Shown one piece after another: positions 11,920-22,416 of a DNA stretch of 37,351 nucleotides. Positions within the stretch are counted from its first letter, which is position 1, and every line of letters starts with the position of its first letter. The stretch comes from Octopus bimaculoides (taxonomy: Eukaryota): contig NC_068982.1 in NCBI RefSeq assembly GCF_001194135.2, positions 32,761,015 to 32,798,365 on the forward strand, written 5' to 3'. A program made the translations under genes and the position numbers. Below the pieces are notes generated by a model. That model had not been told where the DNA came from, ran no database searches, and was given only the letters and a program-made list of their open reading frames with translations.

Positions 11920-12383
11920 CTGAATGTAGATGCAGAAATAAATCCAATTGTCTTCAAGGGAAGGAATACGATATATCCGTTGTTTATGAAGCACGGGTAT
12001 CAACTAGTTATGACAACGTCGAACAGAGATTGAGCATTATACTGGATCAATGAAGAGAAAATTTAAATCCAGATGTAATAGCTATCTTTCGACCTTTAGA
12101 CACAGTGAGAAGAGACATAACAACATTCTCAGCGCTTGTCTGGAAGCTTAAAGACGAAAGAATTAACTACGGCATCAAGTGGAAAATATTTTCCTGATCC
12201 AAACCCTATATTAATGAGTCAAAAAGATGTTAGATATGTTCTCTCGAAAACCTACATCATTTAAAGAACTTAGGAGCCTCCAATGACTACCTAAATTCCA
12301 GAAACGAGATATTTTTCTTTATGTTTGCATTTTAAAAATACATCTTGGCAGAATTTAAAAATAAGCCACCGGGCACATCTTAG
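11920..12383 (+). pseudogene. Penelope-like element GIY-YIG endonuclease domain, disrupted
   Basis: ECRCRNKSNCLQGK...VVYEARV; frameshift near 12030; HYTGSMKRKFKSR...RH; LVWKLKDERINYGIKWKI; PYINESKRC*IC; LNSRNEI. This matches the Cys-rich linker plus GIY-YIG pattern of PLEs (CxCR..C..G..VVYxA..YxG..FKxR..W.LK..Y.I.W). Confidence 0.75.
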
Positions 12384-12719
12384 ACCATTACCATTTTATA
12401 ACATATTTTTGACGTGCATACGTTCTAACGCTAGTTATCTCCCTTGTGTTTTCTTATCTGTTTCTTTCCGTTTTCTTCCTTATGAGCGTTCCTTGTTCAA
12501 GCGTCATTCATCTGCTTTAAAAGCAATTGAGCGTTCCCTGTTTAAACGTCATCTGCTTTGAAAGCAGATGACAAATGCTCTTGTCCTTATCAGATTGATA
12601 GATGGCAAAATATAATTTCGACCAGGAAGCCCTGTTGAGTTGTATCTCACAAGACACGTGGTTTTCGTTATAACATTATATATCATGGAATCTGCCGTCG
12701 TCAGACGACATATGAGGAT

Positions 12720-12962
12720 TCGGAAATTACTTGCTAAACAGTCACGACGATGATATGTTTATAGTGATCAAAAATTTGTGTCCATATAAGCTCACTCTCT
12801 CCATCAAACCGATATCACCTGTACAGGCGCACGACGTGCCACATTCAGCAGACGGAATGGATTGTTTTGCTCAAGAACAGAATGCAACACCCGGTCTGGG
12901 AATGGAAACCACGATCTTGCAATCGTGAATGCAGCACCCTAACCACCAAGCCATGTGCCTTC
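12720..12962 (-). mobile_element. tRNA-derived SINE, family C (GAAGGCACATGGCTTGGTGGTTAGGG head)
   Basis: Minus strand A box TGGCTTGGTGG and B-box-like GTGGTTTCCATTCCC, followed by GTTCTTGAGCAA. The 3' boundary is uncertain and may extend to ~12600. Confidence 0.8.
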
Positions 12963-12984
12963 TCTTACACATGATACATACATA

Positions 12985-12996
12985 AACACACACACA

Positions 12997-13044
<48 letters not shown>
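12985..13044. repeat. (CA)n microsatellite running into an N gap
   Basis: Directly visible. Confidence 0.95.
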
Positions 13045-13559
13045 NNNNNNNNNNNNNNNNNNNNNNNNNNNNNNNNNNNNNNNNNNNNNNNNNNNNNNNN
13101 NNNNNNNNNNNNNNNNNNNNNNNNNNNNNNNNNNNNNNNNNNNNNNNNNNNNNNNNNNNNNNNNNNNNNNNNNNNNNNNNNNNNNNNNNNNNNNNNNNNN
13201 NNNNNNNNNNNNNNNNNNNNNNNNNNNNNNNNNNNNNNNNNNNNNNNNNNNNNNNNNNNNNNNNNNNNNNNNNNNNNNNNNNNNNNNNNNNNNNNNNNNN
13301 NNNNNNNNNNNNNNNNNNNNNNNNNNNNNNNNNNNNNNNNNNNNNNNNNNNNNNNNNNNNNNNNNNNNNNNNNNNNNNNNNNNNNNNNNNNNNNNNNNNN
13401 NNNNNNNNNNNNNNNNNNNNNNNNNNNNNNNNNNNNNNNNNNNNNNNNNNNNNNNNNNNNNNNNNNNNNNNNNNNNNNNNNNNNNNNNNNNNNNNNNNNN
13501 NNNNNNNNNNNNNNNNNNNNNNNNNNNNNNNNNATATATATAATGTAATGTTTACGAAG

Positions 13560-14080
13560 AACCACTTTACGAGACCCTGGGTTTACGAGTTTTATCTTTC
13601 AAGCACAAGATCCAAATTTTGAACGAAGAGCATGCATTTCTACTACCATAACCAATGCTTCTGCGTGTTACCGAGAAATTTATAGAGAGCGAAAAAAGCT
13701 TCTTCTAAGCAAACAACTCTAGACACGTTTTTTTAAAAAAAGAAATCTGCAAGTCCGTCTACGAATGCTTGTGAATCGGCGATCGCTTCTGCAGGTGATG
13801 GTGTGCGCGGGTCTAGTGTGAATGAAACTGATTCAGAAAACGTTTATAATAATGATATTCTTTATTATAAATGATCTTGACTTTCTTTTTACTTAACATA
13901 AAATATTCTTTACATACTACTGTGTTTTATTGCTATTTATTCACAGGTATTAAACATTTGGTAAGTAAAATATTTTTCTAGGAACGAATTACTACTATGA
14001 GAATTTACTGCTCTAGTGAACGAGTTTTCGTTCTTCGAGCGTTCTTCGCGAATAAATTAACTCGTATATCGAGACATTAT
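13560..14080 (+). mobile_element. Tigger/pogo DNA transposon relic (transposase C-terminus and 3' end)
   Basis: 13606 onward reads QDPNFERRACISTTITNASACYREIYRERKK, then (frameshift) QTLDTFFK, the pogo/Tigger C-terminal pattern DPNxER..CY+xIYxEKK..QxxLDxFF. A Tigger-like 3' end AATTAACTCGTATATCGAG lies near 14055-14073. Confidence 0.7.
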
Positions 14081-14637
14081 AGGTTTCATACTAGGATATT
14101 AGAAACCAAATAAATACGCCTGACTTCCATACTAAAAGTGCATTAGAAAGCGAAAGCCTGAAGCAAATTTATTTGTTTTTCTATATATAACTAATTTACT
14201 TTCTTCTTTTCTTTGCTGTCATAATTACTGTCAGTGTGTACTGTTGATATAAACAATGGCGATAACAACGACCGCCATGAAGACAATGCTATGGTTGCTG
14301 TAGTTGTTGTTGTCGGTGTTGGTGATGGTGGTGATGAAAGTGTTGTAAGTGGTATTGCAAGATTTGTCGTCAACGATGTCGCTATTTCAAGCACGCTATA
14401 GTAGATAAGATGAATTCTTACAAAAGATAAAGCACAGTATTACAAATATAGTTATTGAATGAGAAAACAGTCACGAGAAAACCGGTTGGCTGATAATATA
14501 CATTATTTGTATATTATGTACGTATGTATGTATGTATTTATAGAGAGAACTTAATAGTAATACCTTACATCTAAGATATTAAACATACATCTGCATTATG
14601 TCTAATACAAAGCAAAACAAGCAGACCCATAAATATA

Positions 14638-15967
14638 TTGGGTCATCCCATAAATAATGCGGTTTTTGCATACTTCTTTTATTTTTCAAAATTAAGATAA
14701 ACAAAATTCTTTTCTAATCTAAAATATACTCTCCTTCATTTTTCTACAATGTTTTTCCATCTATCTGGTACACTTGCAAGTTTCCTCTTCCAAAATTCAC
14801 TTGTCCGTCACGAAAAATACTCCTCCATTACTGTTCTGACCTCGTCTACAGAATTCATATTTTTTTCCATCCAAATGATTTTGAAGACTGCGGAATAAAT
14901 GATAATCACATGGGAAAATGCCCGGCGAATATGGTGGGCGGGGCATCGTTTCCCATTCAAACTGTTCTAGCTTTTGGATTGACATCCTTGCTGTATGTGG
15001 CCGCCTTGAAACCAAAGGTGGTCGTTTTTCTTCTAACGCTGACTAAGCCGCTCAAGCTGCTCACAGTAGATCCCCTTTGTTATCGTTTGGTTTGGGTTNN
15101 NNNNNNNNAAGCCGCTCAAGCTGCTCACAGTAGATCCCCTTTGTTATCGTTTGGTTTGGGTTTAAAAGTTCAAAGTGGACTAAACCTTTCATATCCCACC
15201 AAACAGATAATAACTTACGTAGGTGAAAACCTTCTTTAGCTTGGGGTGCTAGTGTTTCTCCTTTCCCTACCCACTGTCTTCGGCGCTTGACATTTTTATA
15301 GAGAAGCCATTTCACGTCACCAGTCACTATTCGGTCCAAAAAAGGTTCATTCGTGAAACGTGACAGCAAAGAAGATTTCACATTCACTCTCTGCGCGTGA
15401 TTAGAGAGTTTGTAAGGAACCCATTGACTCAATTTGCTGACTTTTCCGATGGCACGTAGGTGTCAATGAATGGTTGAATGGCCAAATCCAAGCTTCCCTG
15501 TTAGTTCCTCAACATTTACGATGGGATTTTGTTCCGCCAGGGTTTGCAAGACGTCCTCGTCGAGCTCTACAGATCTTACAGGACGGTTGTCTAGGCTGTA
15601 GTTTCCGGCTCGTTTTCTAGGCTGTATAGTTTCCGGCTCGGAATTTCCGGAATCACTGTTGACATCGGTTTACGCTTATTATCCCATCCCCATATACTGC
15701 ATTAATATTCCTCGCACTTTCCGTTACGTTGTTGCCTTTATTGACCTCATAATGCAAAATATGCCGAATATGTTCCTTTGTCACTTCCATTATAGCTTTT
15801 AAAAAATAACAGTTAAAAACGAATTGCACTCTTCAAAACTTGCACTAAGAAAAGAGTAAAATTACTACCTGCTTCTATAGTAAGTTGATGCAGCTAGTTT
15901 ATTCTGTCTCCCTCCGACTTTTAGTTCATGCAATTAAAAAAACCGCATTATTTATGCGATGACTCAA
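14638..15967 (-). mobile_element. Near full-length mariner transposon with both TIRs
   Basis: 30-bp TIRs at 14638-14667 (TTGGGTCATCCCATAAATAATGCGGTTTTT) and 15938-15967 (28/30 match); TA target duplication at 14636-14637 and 15968-15969; length about 1.3 kb. Confidence 0.95.
14714..15790 (-). pseudogene. Mariner D,D34D-type transposase pseudogene
   Basis: ATG 15790 gives MEVTKEHIRHILHY; QWVPYKL; FLDRIVTGDVKW; YSPGIFPCDYHLF; ends NEGEYILD* (TAG 14716-14714). Multiple frameshifts, a tandem ~24-bp duplication (15590-15640) and the HDNA motif is missing. Confidence 0.92.
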
Positions 15968-16008
15968 TAAGTACATTCACACACACACACACACATGAAT
16001 AATCAAGT

Positions 16009-16137
16009 CTAAATTTAGGACAAGGTCACAATTTCTATAAGGGGTGCAGTCGAGTATATTGTTTTTAGCAATTCATTTCAACTTATTTCATTATGAAAGG
16101 CAAACTCGCCCCTCATGAATTCGAATTAAAAGCGTAA

Positions 16138-16141
<4 letters not shown>
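16009..16141 (-). mobile_element. SINE family A, highly degraded fragment
   Basis: Weak by-eye similarity to the reverse complement of family A (ATGAAAGGCAAA, GAATTCGAA, GTAAAGG). Confidence 0.35.
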
Positions 16142-16174
<33 letters not shown>

Positions 16175-16238
16175 ATATAAATCAAGTAACTTTATCATAA
16201 CATTGAAGTTAAGCGCACACAATATAGCCGATTATATA

Positions 16239-16405
16239 TAGGTGCAGGCGTAGCAAGAAGCTTACTTTCCAACCACATGGTTCCGGGTTCAGTACCATTG
16301 CATGGCACCTTGGGCAAGTGTCCTCAAATATAGCCTCGGGTACACCAAAGCCTTGTGAGTGGATTTCAGAGACGGAAACTGAAAGAAGCTCGTCGTATAT
16401 GTGTG
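16239..16405 (+). mobile_element. SINE family B, 5' half (cut by N gap)
   Basis: CCAACCACATGGTTCCGGGTTCAG...GGCACCTTGGGCAAGTG...GACGGAAACTGAAAGAAGC, as in the 8646 copy. Confidence 0.9.
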
Positions 16406-16829
16406 NNNNNNNNNNNNNNNNNNNNNNNNNNNNNNNNNNNNNNNNNNNNNNNNNNNNNNNNNNNNNNNNNNNNNNNNNNNNNNNNNNNNNNNNNNNNNNN
16501 NNNNNNNNNNNNNNNNNNNNNNNNNNNNNNNNNNNNNNNNNNNNNNNNNNNNNNNNNNNNNNNNNNNNNNNNNNNNNNNNNNNNNNNNNNNNNNNNNNNN
16601 NNNNNNNNNNNNNNNNNNNNNNNNNNNNNNNNNNNNNNNNNNNNNNNNNNNNNNNNNNNNNNNNNNNNNNNNNNNNNNNNNNNNNNNNNNNNNNNNNNNN
16701 NNNNNNNNNNNNNNNNNNNNNNNNNNNNNNNNNNNNNNNNNNNNNNNNNNNNNNNNNNNNNNNNNNNNNNNNNNNNNNNNNNNNNTATATATACTCTTCT
16801 TTTTACTTGTTTCAGTCATTATATATAAC

Positions 16830-16862
16830 AACAGCAACAACAACAACAACAACAAAAACAAC

Positions 16863-16901
<39 letters not shown>
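16830..16901. repeat. (CAA)n then (TAA)n microsatellite
   Basis: Directly visible. Confidence 0.95.
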
Positions 16902-17082
16902 TAGGTGGAGTACTTGCACAGATTGAGACTGATCCTAAAGTCGAAATTAAATGGACGAATAAGATCGAAGCTATTAACACCTGGGCGGTTTCACTCCTTA
17001 GATATGGAGCAGGAGTAATTGCATGGACAATAAACGAACTAAACAGCTTAGACAGAAAGACAAGGAAGTTGCTAACTAGATG
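16902..17082 (+). mobile_element. R4/Dong-type non-LTR retrotransposon fragment (post-RT region)
   Basis: EYLHRLRLILKSKLNG / -1 shift at 16956-16957 / NKIEAINTWAVSLLRYGAGVIAWTINELNSLDRKTRKLLT, a recognisable R4/Dong-clade thumb-region motif. Confidence 0.75.
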
Positions 17083-17087
17083 TGAGT

Positions 17088-17122
<35 letters not shown>

Positions 17123-18537
17123 ATTCATTGGCCTCTCCCTAATGCACGTGTGTTGATGAACATTTTTAGGCTGCGGTATTTCGTCCTGGAATGTCCCTTA
17201 AGGATGTAAAGTTTTAAAATATACAAGTACATCCTTCAGAGCCAGGCGAATCGAATCGCTCCGGAGGCGAACGAGAATGACAAATATCTATATTTTGCAG
17301 ATATTTCCGCTTATCAGTGTCGTATATGCGATTCTCCCACGAAACGAATTTGAATCACTCGTTTGAAGTATATATATATATATATAATATAGACGAGTAA
17401 CAAAGGTGTGTGTCAGTTCATTACGGCCGTTTCAAGCGACTTCTTTAATTGATCAATAAATGCATTACATCATTACAAAGAAAACCATTCTCATCAAATG
17501 ACCGTACAGATGCAGCCACACTTTGTTACTCATTTATATTTTACTCACCTTCCCTGGAATCCGGAAAGCATCTTTATATAATGTACATGTCTGAACAAAC
17601 AAGAGTGGACTTATTCGCTAAGATGGCTCGTACCCTCTGCATACACTGCATGAATATCGGATGGAAAAATATTCTATGTTGAGTTTGATATTCACCTAAT
17701 ATCGTTTGAGTGTGCAATNNNNNNNNNNNNNNNNNNNNNNNNNNNNNNNNNNNNNNNNNNNNNNNNNNNNNNNNNNNNNNNNNNNNNNNNNNNNNNNNNN
17801 NNNNNNNNNNNNNNNNNNNNNNNNNNNNNNNNNNNNNNNNNNNNNNNNNNNNNNNNNNNNNNNNNNNNNNNNNNNNNNNNNNNNNNNNNNNNNNNNNNNN
17901 NNNNNNNNNNNNNNNNNNNNNNNNNNNNNNNNNNNNNNNNNNNNNNNNNNNNNNNNNNNNNNNNNNNNNNNNNNNNNNNNNNNNNNNNNNNNNNNNNNNN
18001 NNNNNNNNNNNNNNNNNNNNNNNNNNNNNNNNNNNNNNNNNNNNNNNNNNNNNNNNNNNNNNNNNNNNNNNNNNNNNNNNNNNNNNNNNNNNNNNNNNNN
18101 NNNNNNNNNNNNNNNNNNNNNNNNNNNNNNNNNNNNNNNNNNNNNNNNNNNNNNNNNNNNNNNNNNNNNNNNNNNNNNNNNNNNNNNNNNNNNNNNNNNN
18201 NNNNNNNNNNNNNNNNNNNNNNNNNNNNNNNNNNNNNNNNNNNNNNNNNNNNNNNNNNNNNNNNNNNNNNNNNNNNNNNNNNNNNNNNNNNNNNNNNNNN
18301 NNNNNNNNNNNNNNNNNNNNNNNNNNNNNNNNNNNNNNNNNNNNNNNNNNNNNNNNNNNNNNNNNNNNNNNNNNNNNNNNNNNNNNNNNNNNNNNNNNNN
18401 NNNNNNNNNNNNNNNNNNNNNNNNNNNNNNNNNNNNNNNNNNNNNNNNNNNNNNNNNNNNNNNNNNNNNNNNNNNNNNNNNNNNNNNNNNNNNNNNNNNN
18501 NNNNNNNNNNNNNNNNNNNNNNNNNNNNNNNNNNNNN

Positions 18538-18572
<35 letters not shown>

Positions 18573-18661
18573 CTGTGTGTGTGTGTATCTGTGTGTGTGT
18601 GTGTGTGTGTACATATAATGTTTATAAACGCATATGAACGCATACACGCAGGTAGAGGAGA

Positions 18662-18692
<31 letters not shown>
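18538..18692. repeat. (TG)n and (TAG)n microsatellites
   Basis: Directly visible. Confidence 0.9.
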
Positions 18693-18964
18693 CAACAATG
18701 ATTGCATTTCTATGTGTTGTTCCTATCCAGCTGTTATCGTGTGAACAACCTTTTAAAGCACTCCCCTGCCATTATACCTTTAACGTAACATGCTGTGCTC
18801 CAATATGTGTTCCCGAACGGATTTGTGCCATTATCTAAGTGAGGTTATAGAACAGAACGGTACATGATATGCTTTATTATTATCTCTATTTTTGCACCAC
18901 TCATACACAGAAACACCATTGTCCATTCAGTACGTAATTTAGTATCAAAGAGGTTCACAAACGA

Positions 18965-18995
<31 letters not shown>

Positions 18996-19823
18996 NNNNN
19001 NNNNNNNNNNNNNNNNNNNNNNNNNNNNNNNNNNNNNNNNNNNNNNNNNNNNNNNNNNNNNNNNNNNNNNNNNNNNNNNNNNNNNNNNNNNNNNNNNNNN
19101 NNNNNNNNNNNNNNNNNNNNNNNNNNNNNNNNNNNNNNNNNNNNNNNNNNNNNNNNNNNNNNNNNNNNNNNNNNNNNNNNNNNNNNNNNNNNNNNNNNNN
19201 NNNNNNNNNNNNNNNNNNNNNNNNNNNNNNNNNNNNNNNNNNNNNNNNNNNNNNNNNNNNNNNNNNNNNNNNNNNNNNNNNNNNNNNNNNNNNNNNNNNN
19301 NNNNNNNNNNNNNNNNNNNNNNNNNNNNNNNNNNNNNNNNNNNNNNNNNNNNNNNNNNNNNNNNNNNNNNNNNNNNNNNNNNNNNNNNNNNNNNNNNNNN
19401 NNNNNNNNNNNNNNNNNNNNNNNNNNNNNNNNNNNNNNNNNNNNNNNNNNNNNNNNNNNNNNNNNNNNNNNNNNNNNNNNNNNNNNNNNNNNNNNNNNNN
19501 NNNNNNNNNNNNNNNNNNNNNNNNNNNNNNNNNNNNNNNNNNNNNNNNNNNNNNNNNNNNNNNNNNNNNNNNNNNNNNNNNNNNNNNNNNNNNNNNNNNN
19601 NNNNNNNNNNNNNNNNNNNNNNNNNNNNNNNNNNNNNNNNNNNNNNNNNNNNNNNNNNNNNNNNNNNNNNNNNNNNNNNNNNNNNNNNNNNNNNNNNNNN
19701 NNNNNNNNNNNNNNNNNNNNNNNNNNNNNNNNNNNNNNNNNNNNNNNNNNNNNNNNNNNNNNNNNNNNNNNNNNNNNNNNNNNNNNNNNNNNNNNNNNNN
19801 NNNNNNNNNNNNNNNNNNNNNNN

Positions 19824-20316
19824 AGCAAATATATACATGGAATACTTTGAGAATTTGTCTTTAGGATCAACACCACTAAAACCAACCCTATGGCTGCAAT
19901 ATGTTGATGACACCTTTATTCTCTGGCCCTACCAGAAAGATGTCCAAGTGCTGTTAAATCATGTGAACTCAATAAAACCATCCATACAGTTCACATTCCT
20001 GGACGTATTAATAACACGCACCATGTATGGATTCAGGACATCCGTATACCGCAAGCCGACCTTCACTGGACGATACCTGAACTTCAGCTCCTACCATCCA
20101 TACAGTTTAAAGAGAGGGATTGCTCAGTGCCTAAAACATCGAGCAAAGAATATAAGTAGCGATCGTGATACCCACTACGAAGAAATGATCAAGCTCAGTA
20201 ACAATCTATTAAGCAACAACTACCTCTAAAGCATACTATCCACTCCAATTACGTTGTGTTAACAACAAACAAGATAAGGACAAATATCCGCCAAGTGTAA
20301 ATAATGTAAATAATGT
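19824..20316 (+). mobile_element. Penelope-like element fragment: RT core to thumb, then a short 3'-terminal-like segment
   Basis: ANIYMEYFE...WLQYVDD...NSIKPSIQFT FLDVLI...TSVYRKPTFTGRYLNFSSYHP. Segment 20251-20316 resembles an Octopus PLE 3' end (from memory only, low certainty). Confidence 0.85.
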
Positions 20317-20493
20317 CTAGGCACAAGGCCCTAAATTTTGGTGGAGGGGGCTAGTCAATTAGATCGACACCGGTACGCAACTGGTACTTAATTTATCGAC
20401 CCCGAAAGGATGAAAGCAAAGTTGACCTTGGCGGAATTTGAACTCAGAACGTAACGACAGACGAAATACCATTAAGCATTTCGCCCGGCGTGC
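20317..20493 (-). mobile_element. SINE family A, lacking its first ~20 nt
   Basis: Reverse complement GCACGCCGGGCGAAATGCTTAATGGTATTTCGTCTG...GAGTTCAAATTCCGCC. Confidence 0.9.
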
Positions 20494-20523
20494 ACCATTG
20501 TATTTATATTTAGAATAATGTAA

Positions 20524-20649
20524 GACGGCGAACTGGCAGAAACGTTAGCACGCCGGGCGAAATGCTTGACGGTATTTTGTCTCTTTACGCTCTGAGTTCA
20601 AATTCCGTTAATGTCGACTTTGCCTTTCATACCTTCGGGATCGATCAAT
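20524..20649 (+). mobile_element. SINE family A, 5' half (cut by 10-N gap)
   Basis: GACGGCGAACTGGCAGAAACGTTAGCACGCCGGGCGAAATGC head. Confidence 0.9.
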
Positions 20650-20792
20650 NNNNNNNNNNTGCTTCTTTTCGTTTTCAGCAAAACTTTCGCTCAGGTCAAT
20701 TTTGCATTTAAATTTTTCGAGATCGATAAATTAAAACACCAGCCAAGTGCTGGAATGAATGCCATCAACCGAATCTCTTCCCTCAAAGTACA

Positions 20793-21377
20793 GTAAACTA
20801 CCACATATGTACGGTCTCCCTAAGATTCACAAGGATGGTATTTCTATAATGACCTATAGTGAGCAGTAGAGGTTCAGCATGTCATCCACTGTGCCGCTTC
20901 ATTGCGGATATAATCAGTCAATTAGCAGGAAAGTTAACATCGTTCGTGAAGAATTCCACCCACTTCACAGAAATGATCGAGGATACTCCCATTGAATCCA
21001 ACCAGATGGTGAGACTAGATGCGATAAGTCTGTTCATCAAAGTCCCAACTGGTGAAGCACTATCGGTGATTCAAGAAAAACTAGTTACAGACACACTAGT
21101 ATACCAATAAGAACACACTAGTATACCAATAAGAAACTTGATGACCTTTTGTGTAGAAACTACCTACTTCAGTATGGACACTGATATATATCGACATGAA
21201 GTGGGTTTAGCTATGGGTTCGGCATTATCACCGATAATAGCAAATATATACATGGAATACTTTGAGAATTTGTCTTTAGGATCAACACCACTAAAACCAA
21301 CCCTATGGCTGCAATATGTTGATGACACCTTTATTCTCTGGCCCTACCAGAAAGATGTCCAAGTGCTGTTAAATCAT
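20793..21377 (+). pseudogene. Penelope-like element reverse transcriptase, disrupted
   Basis: MYGLPKIH, KNSTHF, MVRLDAISLFIKVP, GLAMGSALSPIIANIYMEYFE and WLQYVDD (catalytic YxDD). Frameshifts include a perfect 22-bp tandem duplication at 21091-21134. Confidence 0.9.
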
Positions 21378-22365
21378 NNNNNNNNNNNNNNNNNNNNNNN
21401 NNNNNNNNNNNNNNNNNNNNNNNNNNNNNNNNNNNNNNNNNNNNNNNNNNNNNNNNNNNNNNNNNNNNNNNNNNNNNNNNNNNNNNNNNNNNNNNNNNNN
21501 NNNNNNNNNNNNNNNNNNNNNNNNNNNNNNNNNNNNNNNNNNNNNNNNNNNNNNNNNNNNNNNNNNNNNNNNNNNNNNNNNNNNNNNNNNNNNNNNNNNN
21601 NNNNNNNNNNNNNNNNNNNNNNNNNNNNNNNNNNNNNNNNNNNNNNNNNNNNNNNNNNNNNNNNNNNNNNNNNNNNNNNNNNNNNNNNNNNNNNNNNNNN
21701 NNNNNNNNNNNNNNNNNNNNNNNNNNNNNNNNNNNNNNNNNNNNNNNNNNNNNNNNNNNNNNNNNNNNNNNNNNNNNNNNNNNNNNNNNNNNNNNNNNNN
21801 NNNNNNNNNNNNNNNNNNNNNNNNNNNNNNNNNNNNNNNNNNNNNNNNNNNNNNNNNNNNNNNNNNNNNNNNNNNNNNNNNNNNNNNNNNNNNNNNNNNN
21901 NNNNNNNNNNNNNNNNNNNNNNNNNNNNNNNNNNNNNNNNNNNNNNNNNNNNNNNNNNNNNNNNNNNNNNNNNNNNNNNNNNNNNNNNNNNNNNNNNNNN
22001 NNNNNNNNNNNNNNNNNNNNNNNNNNNNNNNNNNNNNNNNNNNNNNNNNNNNNNNNNNNNNNNNNNNNNNNNNNNNNNNNNNNNNNNNNNNNNNNNNNNN
22101 NNNNNNNNNNNNNNNNNNNNNNNNNNNNNNNNNNNNNNNNNNNNNNNNNNNNNNNNNNNNNNNNNNNNNNNNNNNNNNNNNNNNNNNNNNNNNNNNNNNN
22201 NNNNNNNNNNNNNNNNNNNNNNNNNNNNNNNNNNNNNNNNNNNNNNNNNNNNNNNNNNNNNNNNNNNNNNNNNNNNNNNNNNNNNNNNNNNNNNNNNNNN
22301 NNNNNNNNNNNNNNNNNNNNNNNNNNNNNNNNNNNNNNNNNNNNNNNNNNNNNNNNNNNNNNNNN

Positions 22366-22415
22366 GTTACTGAGCTTGATCATTTCTTCGTGGTGGGTAT
22401 CACGATCGCTACTTA
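22366..22415 (-). mobile_element. Inverted PLE fragment
   Basis: Reverse complement is 49/50 identical to 20153-20202. Confidence 0.9.
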
Positions 22416-22416
22416 A

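Noticed and set aside
11754-12003. Minus-strand ORFs with GIY-YIG-like words (IYQ, YSG, TFK)
   Set aside because: The plus strand carries the coherent ordered motif series; the minus-strand words are scattered across frames.
15045-15162. Exact 54-bp direct repeat inside the mariner
   Set aside because: The copies flank a 10-N gap, which indicates an unmerged contig overlap (assembly artefact).
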